A stretch of 64,000 bases of DNA from an uncultured Candidatus Saccharibacteria bacterium (lineage in GTDB: Bacteria; Patescibacteriota; Minisyncoccia; UBA6257; 2-01-FULL-56-20), in contig CAZHBZ010000002.1 in NCBI GenBank assembly GCA_964530925.1, positions 3,621 to 67,620 of the forward strand. The letters run 5' to 3'. Both the position numbers and the translations under genes were made by a program. Of this stretch, positions 8,850 to 17,822 are shown in pieces (the first letter of the stretch is position 1; every line of letters starts with the position of its first letter). The notes beneath the pieces were generated by a model. It ran no database searches. It saw nothing but the letters and a program-made list of their open reading frames with translations, and was not told the DNA's origin.

Positions 8850-10002
8850 ATTTTTCGCCTAATTTGCTTCCAAGTAATTCCCTAAAATAGTTATCTATTT
8901 TCGGCTTGGCATCTGGAATTTCCCTAAAATTAAATTTATTTCTTAGGACTGGATTTGTGTGTACGCTTTGGGCGATAAAACATTCTTTAATTTCATTGAA
9001 CTTCTCATTATCGATGATCACATCGCAATTTCCAAGGAAATAGGGCACTTTATCCGCGTATTGTTTGAAGACGTCAATATAACAATAATATGGCAGTTTT
9101 TCCATTAGCACATAGACGGTATTGTAAGTGTCGGAGTCAATAAACGTTCGATTGCGTTTGAGCGCGTTTATATCCCTAAGTGTCCAAAACTTTGCTATTG
9201 GCTTATCGTTTTTATTTAAAAATTTTTTATTCGGATACTTTTGGACATAATTGACTACAGTATCAAAATCGCTTAAACGGAAAAGCCCATCATCTTTTAC
9301 TTTAAACTGATAATTTTGGATATAATCGTAGGTCATCCCTTTCTGATCTTTTTCGTAAAGGGCAATTAAAATCGGGAAGGCCATTCCACGAGACGTATCG
9401 GAAAACTCGTGACTACTTATGATTATTCCATCGATTAATTTATAGTTTTGGGAAAATTTTGAAAGTAAGGCAAAATTGGCTTTTTTAATTAAATAAGACA
9501 AGGGGTGTAAAACACAAACGTAGTCTGCCCCTAATTTATCATAAGAAAGCAAGAACGACATTCCCAGGTCCCTGGTTTTTATATCAGAATCAATCCCGTT
9601 TTGAACAGAAGTGTCTTTTATAGAATTACGAATTATGGATGTAGTGTCGTTGTATGGCGGGTTGCCTATGGCTATAAGTTTTTCTTCGCCCCTTATGGCT
9701 AAATTATCGCGACAAACATTCGAAAGAGAATTTTGGTGAATAAAATTCGCGCCGCTAATTGTTTTTTTTGCTTCAAAAATAGCCTTTTGATCGATATCCG
9801 CCCCCACAAATCTTTTCGCGACCCCTCCCCTTGCCAAAAATGATCCGTAGCCGCAAGACGAATCTAAAATTGTAAAGTCTTTAAGGTTCGTGATGTTTTT
9901 TCGCAAAATGGAATAGGCCAGATCAACAATGGTCTCTGGCGTGTAATAAGAGCCGAGATTGATAGTGTCGGCGTAATTTAGGTGTTTCTGATTCCTGTCC
10001 AT
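8830..10002 (-). CDS. gamma-class DNA methyltransferase (N6-adenine or N4-cytosine) with C-terminal target-recognition domain
   Basis: YYTPETIVDLAYSIL (as in Eco57I/TaqI-like gamma MTases), motif I ILDSSCGYGSFL, motif IV IGNPPY, followed by about 200 aa of TRD. Confidence 0.85.
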   Translation of the reverse strand: MDRNQKHLNYADTINLGSYYTPETIVDLAYSILRKNITNLKDFTILDSSCGYGSFLARGGVAKRFVGADIDQKAIFEAKKTISGANFIHQNSLSNVCRDNLAIRGEEKLIAIGNPPYNDTTSIIRNSIKDTSVQNGIDSDIKTRDLGMSFLLSYDKLGADYVCVLHPLSYLIKKANFALLSKFSQNYKLIDGIIISSHEFSDTSRGMAFPILIALYEKDQKGMTYDYIQNYQFKVKDDGLFRLSDFDTVVNYVQKYPNKKFLNKNDKPIAKFWTLRDINALKRNRTFIDSDTYNTVYVLMEKLPYYCYIDVFKQYADKVPYFLGNCDVIIDNEKFNEIKECFIAQSVHTNPVLRNKFNFREIPDAKPKIDNYFRELLGSKLGEKYAKNFN

Positions 10003-10041
10003 CTGGGTTCATTATACCAGTTTTCAGGTCTCAATAAGAAT

Positions 10042-10074
10042 AAAAAACGGCGCCCGCGAAGGGTGCCGTTTTTT
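10042..10074 (-). terminator. bidirectional intrinsic terminator between tRNA-Ser and the MTase gene
   Basis: AAAAAACGGCGCCCGCGAAGGGTGCCGTTTTTT: 9-bp GC-rich stem (one G-T) flanked by A6 and T6; directly 3' of the tRNA on the minus strand. Confidence 0.65.
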
Positions 10075-10079
10075 GCTAG

Positions 10080-10164
10080 CGGAGGGGGAGAGATTCGAAC
10101 TCTCGGTACCTTGCGGTACGCCACCTTTCCAAGATGGTGCACTAGACCACTATGCGACCCCTCC
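10080..10164 (-). tRNA. tRNA-Ser (anticodon GGA), type II with long variable arm, CCA not encoded
   Basis: Manually folded: acceptor GGAGGGG/CCCCTCC, D-arm GCA-TAGTGGTCTAG-TGC, anticodon stem CCATC/GGTGG with loop TTGGAAA (anticodon GGA), 17-nt variable arm, T-arm GAGAG-TTCGAAT-CTCTC, discriminator G. Confidence 0.85.
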
Positions 10165-10347
10165 AGGGTCTCGGCCACCAGTAAAATCTAAGCTAAATCC
10201 TAAAAATTTACAACCCGCGAAGCGAGCTTCTAAATTCTACTTTTCCCGATATCGGTTACGATATCGAGGATCCTCGATTTTGTAGCGCAAATAAATTCGC
10301 GGACAAAATCGGGGCTACTTCCTACATTCCGGACTCTGCGTTTTATT

Positions 10348-10364
10348 TTCTACTACTTACTATG
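10348..10364 (+). repeat. short CTAC-repeat element (TTCTACTACTTACTATG) abutting the TPM gene stop
   Basis: Same submotifs; low complexity. Confidence 0.3.
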
Positions 10365-10367
10365 TTT

Positions 10368-11297
10368 TCACCATCCCCCGCTTGCGCCTCCTCCGCCGGA
10401 ACGTCCGCCGCCGAAACCCCCGAACCCTCCGCCGCTGTGACTTCCTCCGCCAAACCCGCCAAAGCCTCCGCCGCCTCCAAGCCAGGGGCCTTTTCCGCCG
10501 CTGTCCTTCCACATCTTATAGCTTTTAGAAACGAGAAAATCGAAAAGCGCGCCAAAGCCTCCTAAGAAAATAATTATTAAAATCCGCCAGACCATCCCGC
10601 CTATCCAAAGCCAAAGCAAAAGACCCAAGAGTCCGCCCAGCACTCCCCCGAGCCACCAGGACTTTGTCCGCCCCAAAAAGATCGCGAATATTCGCAGGAT
10701 CAAAAACGGAATAAAAATAAATATCCAGCCACCGTTGGAGAATAAAAGCTTCATTATCCAAGAATCCTTTAGTTTCTCGCCGCTTTCGGAAAATCCCGCC
10801 TCGCTTTTTACGGCCAAAACAATATCGTCCACCGCCAAGTTCAATCCTTTATAGTATTCCCCCTCTTTAAAGGCCGGAACAATATCCTCGTTTATTATTT
10901 GCGCGCTTTGTATATCCGTTAGCGCTCCCTCAAGTCCATATCCGGTTTGAATGCGCGCCTTTCTGTCTTCCAAAGAGACCAGGACGAGCGCTCCGTTGTC
11001 TACTTTTTCTTTACCGATTTTCCAAGTATCGAATATTTTTTGCGCGGCATTTTCGATCGTGTCGCCATTCAAGGATTTTACGGTCACCACCGCTATTTCT
11101 ATTGTTGTCGTGGCATTAAAATCCCTGAGTTTCAATTCCAGGGCGGAAACTTCTTCCGCGCTCATCATTCCCGCGAAATCGCTCACGAACCCTGCGGGTT
11201 TTTCGGGGACAACAAAAGCCGCGAGCGAAGCTCGCGGCGAGATTGCGACCGCGAGCAAAAGGAAAGTGAATGCCTTAAGGGCGGTCTTCATCTTCAA
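10368..11297 (-). CDS. TPM-domain (TLP18.3/Psb32/MOLO-1) protein with signal peptide, C-terminal TM segment and Gly-rich tail
   Basis: Signal peptide, then the TPM domain (DFAGMMSAEEVSALELKL...ALVLVSLEDRKARIQTGYGLEGALTD), a TM segment and a GGFGG repeat tail; ends in a TGA stop. Confidence 0.8.
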   Translation of the reverse strand: MKMKTALKAFTFLLLAVAISPRASLAAFVVPEKPAGFVSDFAGMMSAEEVSALELKLRDFNATTTIEIAVVTVKSLNGDTIENAAQKIFDTWKIGKEKVDNGALVLVSLEDRKARIQTGYGLEGALTDIQSAQIINEDIVPAFKEGEYYKGLNLAVDDIVLAVKSEAGFSESGEKLKDSWIMKLLFSNGGWIFIFIPFLILRIFAIFLGRTKSWWLGGVLGGLLGLLLWLWIGGMVWRILIIIFLGGFGALFDFLVSKSYKMWKDSGGKGPWLGGGGGFGGFGGGSHSGGGFGGFGGGRSGGGGASGGW

Positions 11298-11303
11298 TTT
11301 AAA

Positions 11304-11858
11304 TTAGAAAGCGACTTTTGGGGCAGTCTCCGCTCCGGAAGCCGCCTTGAAAAGTTCCCTCGCGTCGAACCCGAAAATACCGGCGGCAATATTCGACGGG
11401 AATCTCTGAACTTTTACGTTCAAGACGCCAACCGCGTCGTTGTAGCGTTGTCTTTCGACCGCGATACGATTCTCGGTTCCCTCAAGCTGGGTCATAAGAT
11501 TTTGAACAGTGGCGCCGGAAGTAAGCTGCGGGTAATTTTCCATTATCACCAAAAGTCTGCCGAGCGCGCCCTCGACTTCGCTAGCCGCGGACGCCTTCTC
11601 ATTCACGCTCTGCGCTCCCGCGTATCTTGTCCTCGCTTCGGATATAGCGCCGAATACTTCTTTTTCCTGCGTCATTATCCCCTGGACGGACGCGACCAAA
11701 TTCGGGATAAGGTCAAATCTCCTTTGAAACTGCGACTCTACCTGGGACCACTGAACATCCACCGCGGTATTCAAAGAGACAAAGCTGTTATAGCTCATCC
11801 AAAGATATCCGCCGACCACTACAACTATCGCAAGCGCTATCCAAAGTGTTTTTTTCAT
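11304..11858 (-). CDS. LemA-family protein
   Basis: N-terminal TM segment plus the conserved LemA blocks (YNSFV.L...V...WSQVESQ.QRR.DLIPNLV, ...RQRYNDAV); forms the conserved LemA-TPM gene pair. Confidence 0.85.
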   Translation of the reverse strand: MKKTLWIALAIVVVVGGYLWMSYNSFVSLNTAVDVQWSQVESQFQRRFDLIPNLVASVQGIMTQEKEVFGAISEARTRYAGAQSVNEKASAASEVEGALGRLLVIMENYPQLTSGATVQNLMTQLEGTENRIAVERQRYNDAVGVLNVKVQRFPSNIAAGIFGFDARELFKAASGAETAPKVAF

Positions 11859-11907
11859 ATTTTTTTGTTGGTTTCTGATTTCTTTGATTATACCCTAAAC
11901 CCATATT

Positions 11908-11958
11908 TTTAAAAGAAAAGCCCCGACTTGGCCTGCTGACAGCAGGCAGGGTCGGGGC
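11908..11958 (-). terminator. intrinsic terminator downstream of thyX
   Basis: GCCCCGAC...(inner hairpin CCTGCTGACAGCAGG)...GTCGGGGC with a U-rich flank (UUUUCUUUU) in minus sense. Confidence 0.55.
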
Positions 11959-11970
11959 GAGTGCTAGACC

Positions 11971-12702
11971 TTACGATTGACAGTTTTGTACCACGGATGT
12001 CCGTCCACGATCTCCACTTCGTAATCGGCAAAGATATTCGGATATCTCTTCTTCGGCTTCAGGGGCTGTTCGCATCTCAAGGCAATGGCGCAGAGCGCGA
12101 AGGTTTGCGCTCCATCCGATAGAAGTTGCGAGTCCGAGCGGCGCGACACGCCGGAAAGCGGAGGTGAGCTTTTTCTTTTCGGCAAAACTCTTTTTCTCCG
12201 CGATATTCGCCGCCTCGGCCAGATTCTTCTGCACGTCTTCGAGAAGCCCGACCACATTGGTCATGATCGTCATAACCTCCGGCGTTTCTTGGATCACTGT
12301 CGGAACCCAGAAACCCAGCTCGGTCAGACGCACATAACGCAAACTTTCCTGAGATATCGCAGTCCCTGCCCGGTGGCGCACCAACTCATGAGTGAACACC
12401 CGGCTCACGCCAGCGAAAACGAAATTCACATTCGCGTGCTCGAGGACGGAACCGTGTTTCACATTCACGATGTTCTGAATGTAATCGACGTTTCCTTCGC
12501 GCACCTTGGTCACATTCGGATTGAGACCCGGAGCAAAACTCCGGTAGCAAATCCGGCCCATAACCTCAGTCAGCTCTTCCGCGTCGGAAGGGGCATCGCT
12601 TTTCCATTCCGGAGCACCGACGTATTCGAGATAGGCCTCTAGACCTTCGTGATTCAGGGTCGTTTCTCCCAAGAGAAAGACCTTCGGTTCTACGATTTTC
12701 AC
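11971..12702 (-). CDS. thyX: FAD-dependent thymidylate synthase ThyX
   Basis: ThyX motif ELVRHRAGTAISQESLRY (RHRxxxxxxxS); GTG start at 12700-12702 preceded by AAGGAGG Shine-Dalgarno. Confidence 0.85.
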   Translation of the reverse strand: MKIVEPKVFLLGETTLNHEGLEAYLEYVGAPEWKSDAPSDAEELTEVMGRICYRSFAPGLNPNVTKVREGNVDYIQNIVNVKHGSVLEHANVNFVFAGVSRVFTHELVRHRAGTAISQESLRYVRLTELGFWVPTVIQETPEVMTIMTNVVGLLEDVQKNLAEAANIAEKKSFAEKKKLTSAFRRVAPLGLATSIGWSANLRALRHCLEMRTAPEAEEEISEYLCRLRSGDRGRTSVVQNCQS

Positions 12703-12746
12703 TTAATCCTCCTTCTTTTCTTTCGTGGGGCTGCCTTCAACCTACT

Positions 12747-12782
12747 AAAAACCGCTCCGTTTGTCTACGGAACGGTTTTTGT
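12747..12782 (-). terminator. intrinsic terminator downstream of groEL (bidirectional A-run/T-run flanks)
   Basis: AAAAACCGCTCCGTttgtctaCGGAACGGTTTTT: interrupted GC stem with A5 and T5 flanks. Confidence 0.6.
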
Positions 12783-12793
12783 TATTCTGTTCC

Positions 12794-12816
12794 CGCTACC
12801 CACTACTCACTATCTC
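12794..12816 (+). repeat. short CTAC-repeat element (CGCTACCCACTACTCACTATCTC) abutting the groEL stop codon
   Basis: Same CTAC/CCAC/TCAC submotifs; lies between the groEL stop and its terminator. Confidence 0.4.
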
Positions 12817-14466
<1,650 letters not shown>

Positions 14467-14490
14467 TTTTTCCCAAGAGCGAAGCGATTG

Positions 14491-14544
14491 GCTGAAAAAA
14501 TGAGCACCCCGCCGGAATCGTCAGATGTAGGCGGGGCCGCCTAC
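14491..14544 (-). promoter_or_regulatory. attenuator-like element in the groES-groEL intergenic region: two mutually exclusive hairpins, the distal one terminator-like
   Basis: mRNA sense: GUAGGCGG-cc-CCGCCUAC (perfect 8-bp stem), then CCCCGCC...16 nt...GGCGGGG followed by UGCUCAUUUUUU; the CCCCGCC arm is shared, so the two hairpins exclude each other. Confidence 0.4.
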
Positions 14545-14616
14545 GCTTCACAAAATATTTTTATTCGACTTATTTTTTGAAATTAGTAATTGGAAATTAG
14601 GATTTGCAATTTTGGA

Positions 14617-14907
14617 CTACTCCAAAATTGCCAGAATATCCTCCTCCTCCCCGACCAGATATTTCTTCCCCTCCACCTCCACTTCGTCCGGCCCGTATTT
14701 TTTAAAAAGAACTTTATCCCCGACCTTCACGGACATCGGCATCCTTTCGCCTTTTTCGTTAAATTTGCCAGGGCCCACAGCGACAACAGTTCCCATAACC
14801 GGTTTTTCTTTCTCGGCGGTCTCCGGCAAAACAATACCCGACTTGGTGGTCTTTTCTTCAGAAAGAGCTTCTATAAACAAATGATTTGATAGCGGCTTTA
14901 ACGTCAT
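14617..14907 (-). CDS. groS: co-chaperonin GroES (10 kDa)
   Basis: 96 aa; MTLKPLSNHLFIEALSEEKTTKSGIVLP... canonical GroES. Confidence 0.95.
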   Translation of the reverse strand: MTLKPLSNHLFIEALSEEKTTKSGIVLPETAEKEKPVMGTVVAVGPGKFNEKGERMPMSVKVGDKVLFKKYGPDEVEVEGKKYLVGEEEDILAILE

Positions 14908-15020
14908 TGTTATAAGTTATTTGTTATTAGTTTTACTTACTAGCAATCCCGACCTTCGTCTGCTAATGATAGTAAGAATTTTTTTTAAAGGCAAGCGTGT
15001 TCTGCTCGCCCCCGGAAGAC

Positions 15021-15050
15021 ACAAAAATACCGCTTTCAGCGGTATTTTGC
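15021..15050 (-). terminator. intrinsic terminator downstream of trxB (perfect palindrome ATACCGC-tttca-GCGGTAT with A/T flanks)
   Basis: AAAAATACCGCTTTCAGCGGTATTTT; minus-sense stem followed by UUUUU. Confidence 0.7.
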
Positions 15051-15071
15051 ATTTTTCTTAGGCCTTTAAGC

Positions 15072-15992
15072 CTATCCCTTCACAAGTTTGTCGTAGATAT
15101 TAAGCGCAGCCTTAATCGCGTCTCCGGCGGAAGTGTTGTTCTGCTTATAAAGCGCGTCAGACACGTCTCCGGCCGCCCAAATACCGGGGTTCGAGGTCGC
15201 CTGGGTTTTGGGATCGGCTATCACCTCCCCTTTAGCATTGATATCCGCCAATCCTTTAACGATTTCCGAATTCGGCAACGCCCCCACCTCCACAAACACA
15301 CCGCTGACCTTCAATTCTTTTAATGTTCCTTCCTTGCGATCTTTATAGCGCAATCCGGTCACAAAATTATCGCCCAAAATTTCTTCGGTATCCGCTTGGG
15401 TTATTATTTCCACCTTCGCATTTGAGGAAACCTTTTCGAGCGTGACCGGATCCCCTTTCGGCCCCTCGGAGCGGACTACTAGATATATTTTTTTTGCGTA
15501 TGGGAAAAGATCCACCACCGCCTCAAGTCCGGCATTGCCTCCGCCTATTACCGCCACCTCCTTATCTTTAAAGAGCGGCGCGTCGCAGATCGAGCAAAAG
15601 ACTACTCCTTTGCCGTCGTATTTATCCTCGCCCGGCACGCCAAGGCGCTTTCGCCGGCTCCCCGAAGCAAGCAGAATATATTTCGTTTCAAAACTTTTTC
15701 CGCCGCTCGTCGCTACCTTAAACCCGCCCTCCGTTTGTTCAATTTTTTCCGCGCGCTCGCCTTCTTCAATTTCGATACTGCCGTCAAAAGAACGCAGATG
15801 GTTTTCCATCGACTTTGCGAGGTCGTAGCCGGAAATAGACGGACTTCCTATCCAATTTTGGATATCTGCGGAAACCACCGATTGTCCGCCGAAGCTTTCG
15901 ACGATTATTAACGTTTTAATTTTTTTTCTGGCTGCGTATATTCCCGCGGCAATTCCCGCAGGTCCACCACCAATGATAATGAGATCATACAT
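15072..15992 (-). CDS. trxB: thioredoxin-disulfide reductase
   Basis: MYDLIIIGGGPAGIAAGIYAAR (FAD binding), redox-active CSICD, second Rossmann GGGNAG; 306 aa. Confidence 0.93.
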   Translation of the reverse strand: MYDLIIIGGGPAGIAAGIYAARKKIKTLIIVESFGGQSVVSADIQNWIGSPSISGYDLAKSMENHLRSFDGSIEIEEGERAEKIEQTEGGFKVATSGGKSFETKYILLASGSRRKRLGVPGEDKYDGKGVVFCSICDAPLFKDKEVAVIGGGNAGLEAVVDLFPYAKKIYLVVRSEGPKGDPVTLEKVSSNAKVEIITQADTEEILGDNFVTGLRYKDRKEGTLKELKVSGVFVEVGALPNSEIVKGLADINAKGEVIADPKTQATSNPGIWAAGDVSDALYKQNNTSAGDAIKAALNIYDKLVKG

Positions 15993-16097
15993 GGTAATTA
16001 GTTAGTAGTTGGTCGTAGGTAGCAAGTGGTTAATATGGGAATGGAATCCACGGTTCTGGACGCATCACGACTAACGACAGACGATCTACGACTTACT
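15993..16097 (-). repeat. inverted pair of CTAC/CGAC/TAAC repeat elements (GT-rich arm 15993-16031, CA-rich arm 16062-16097) between the SPW gene stop and the trxB start
   Basis: GTCGTAGGTAG...GTTAGTAG on one arm and CACGACTAACGACAGACGATCTACGAC on the other; could form a long interrupted RNA stem; member of the window-wide repeat family. Confidence 0.6.
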
Positions 16098-16265
16098 TTC
16101 TTTATCCTCCTTCTCCCCAAACAGCTCCCAAGCAAAAGCCACAGCCAAGACCAATCCCGCGATAACCGAGCTCCACTTAGCGAGAGATATCCCGTCAAAG
16201 CCCAAAAGCCAAGGAGAAACGATGAGCCAAACCCCAAGACCAAAAGCTATCCAAGAAGAGTTCAT
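16086..16265 (-). CDS. SPW-repeat family small membrane protein
   Basis: 59 aa from the internal ATG (MNSSWIAFGLGVWLIVSPWLLGF...); two TM helices with the SPW motif. Confidence 0.6.
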   Translation of the reverse strand: MNSSWIAFGLGVWLIVSPWLLGFDGISLAKWSSVIAGLVLAVAFAWELFGEKEDKESKS

Positions 16266-16287
16266 TTTTATTTTTGGTTTTCGAATA

Positions 16288-16998
16288 CTAGTTCTCGGCA
16301 AGAAGCTTATCGATAGCGGCCTGAAAAACGCTGAAAGGCTGCGCGCCTAAAATCTTTTGCTGGCCGACGAAAATTGTCGGCGTGGAATTTACCCCCAAGG
16401 CCTGCGCGTCGGAAACCACTCTGGAAACCACGCTCGCGTATTTACCGGAATCAATACAGGAACCGAACTTTGCCGTATCCATACCAACATCGCCGGCGAG
16501 CTTCATAAACAAAGTTTTATTCAAATTGCCGTTTCCCTCTTTATTGTCGGCTATCTCCGCGACATAAAGAGCGTCGTGATAAGCCCAAAACTTTCCCTGG
16601 TCCTTCGCGCACTCTGCGGCTTCGGCCGCAGCGGTCGATTCCGACCCCAAAAAGGCAAAGTCCCTATAAACCATTTTCACTTTCCCGGACTTAACATATT
16701 GCTCGCGTATTTGAGCCCCCGCTTCCGTGTGGAACTTTCCGCAGAACGGGCACTGAAAGTCCGCGTATTCCACAACCGTAACCGGCGCGTTCGGATCACC
16801 TAAGACTACATCCCGTTCGCCGAGCTTCGTTACATCATTCGTCGGAGCGCCCCCTTGATCCTTTGGCAGCCCCTCTACCCCGGCAAACTGGTTTCCCGTC
16901 CCGCCGCTCTTCACTAAATAAATTATTGAACCCGAGATCATTACTGCCGCTATTAAAATACTTGCCGGCAAAAGCCAATCTTTTTTTATTTTATCCAT
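16288..16998 (-). CDS. DsbA-family thiol:disulfide oxidoreductase, membrane anchored
   Basis: TM anchor then a thioredoxin fold with CPFC active site (YADFQCPFCGKFH); start taken at ATG 16996-16998 (MDKIKKD). Confidence 0.85.
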   Translation of the reverse strand: MDKIKKDWLLPASILIAAVMISGSIIYLVKSGGTGNQFAGVEGLPKDQGGAPTNDVTKLGERDVVLGDPNAPVTVVEYADFQCPFCGKFHTEAGAQIREQYVKSGKVKMVYRDFAFLGSESTAAAEAAECAKDQGKFWAYHDALYVAEIADNKEGNGNLNKTLFMKLAGDVGMDTAKFGSCIDSGKYASVVSRVVSDAQALGVNSTPTIFVGQQKILGAQPFSVFQAAIDKLLAEN

Positions 16999-17021
16999 AC
17001 AAACAATTCTAAAGTAGGCAT

Positions 17022-17061
17022 AGCAAAAGTAAACCCCCGCGCCAAAGTCTCGGCGCGGGGG
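17022..17061 (-). terminator. intrinsic terminator (CCCCCGCGCC-aaagtctc-GGCGCGGGGG) downstream of CDS 17097-17684
   Basis: Perfect 10-bp GC stem; the minus-sense 3' flank is U-rich (UUUACUUUU). Confidence 0.5.
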
Positions 17062-17096
17062 CGGCAAAGCGCCGGTAAAGACAGGGTCAAGCCCGT

Positions 17097-17684
17097 CTAC
17101 CGGTTGTTTTGATTCGGGAGAAATTCCGAAGGATCGGCCGCGTTCCCGACAGTCACAAAGGTTTCGGCGTGCTTCTTTATCGAACGTCCGGTCGGCCAGA
17201 GGAGTCCGCTTCGCTTATGAACGAAAAGAACCCTGGATGTCCCTCCGGGCGGAACGATGAGAAACACGGTAACCCAATCTCCATAGTCAGCGCTAACGAT
17301 GCCTAGAGAGAATACCGGAGCGAACTCTTCCTCTCCGAACCTCCCCCTCTCCGCGAAAGCGACCTCCCTGCCTCTCCAGCTCCCGTCTTTTCCATTCTCA
17401 AGAACGGAAAACCTCTTGATAACCAAATAACGCCAAAGACTCATCGCTCCCTTTTTGAGCCAACCGATTGGCGCGGTTCCGAGAACCCAGCCAAGAAAAA
17501 CAAATGTCGCAAGAAAAGCGAAGCCGGACATGAGATACGGCAGAATCCCGCTCCCGGGAAAATTGGAGGCAAGCGCTTCCCAGCCCCGGTAGATGTTTTT
17601 CGCGACAGGATAGATGATCGCCAGAACCACCGCGCGCAGAAGTATTGAGGGGAACTTGCCCGAAGCTCCGGATTCCTTCACCAT
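17097..17684 (-). CDS. hypothetical membrane protein
   Basis: 195 aa, two or three TM helices plus a soluble domain; no recognised motif. Confidence 0.55.
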   Translation of the reverse strand: MVKESGASGKFPSILLRAVVLAIIYPVAKNIYRGWEALASNFPGSGILPYLMSGFAFLATFVFLGWVLGTAPIGWLKKGAMSLWRYLVIKRFSVLENGKDGSWRGREVAFAERGRFGEEEFAPVFSLGIVSADYGDWVTVFLIVPPGGTSRVLFVHKRSGLLWPTGRSIKKHAETFVTVGNAADPSEFLPNQNNR

Positions 17685-17822
17685 GTCATTCTCCCTTCAA
17701 AATTGAAGTCAAAAAAACCAGGTTCAGTATACATTCTTTTCGCGTTTCCACAACCACGGAATTAAAATTTGAAATGTCCCTGGCCTGGAAAAATAAGCGA
17801 ATTCCGCATAACATAAGGATTA

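Noticed and set aside
10947-11912. 321-aa plus-strand ORF antisense to the TPM and LemA genes
   Set aside because: Antisense to two well-conserved genes; Arg/Phe-rich, no domain
14908-15020. CIRCE (HrcA operator) upstream of groES
   Set aside because: No TTAGCACTC-N9-GAGTGCTAA; only a weak imperfect inverted repeat (CTTACTAGCA...TGCTAATGATAGTAAG)
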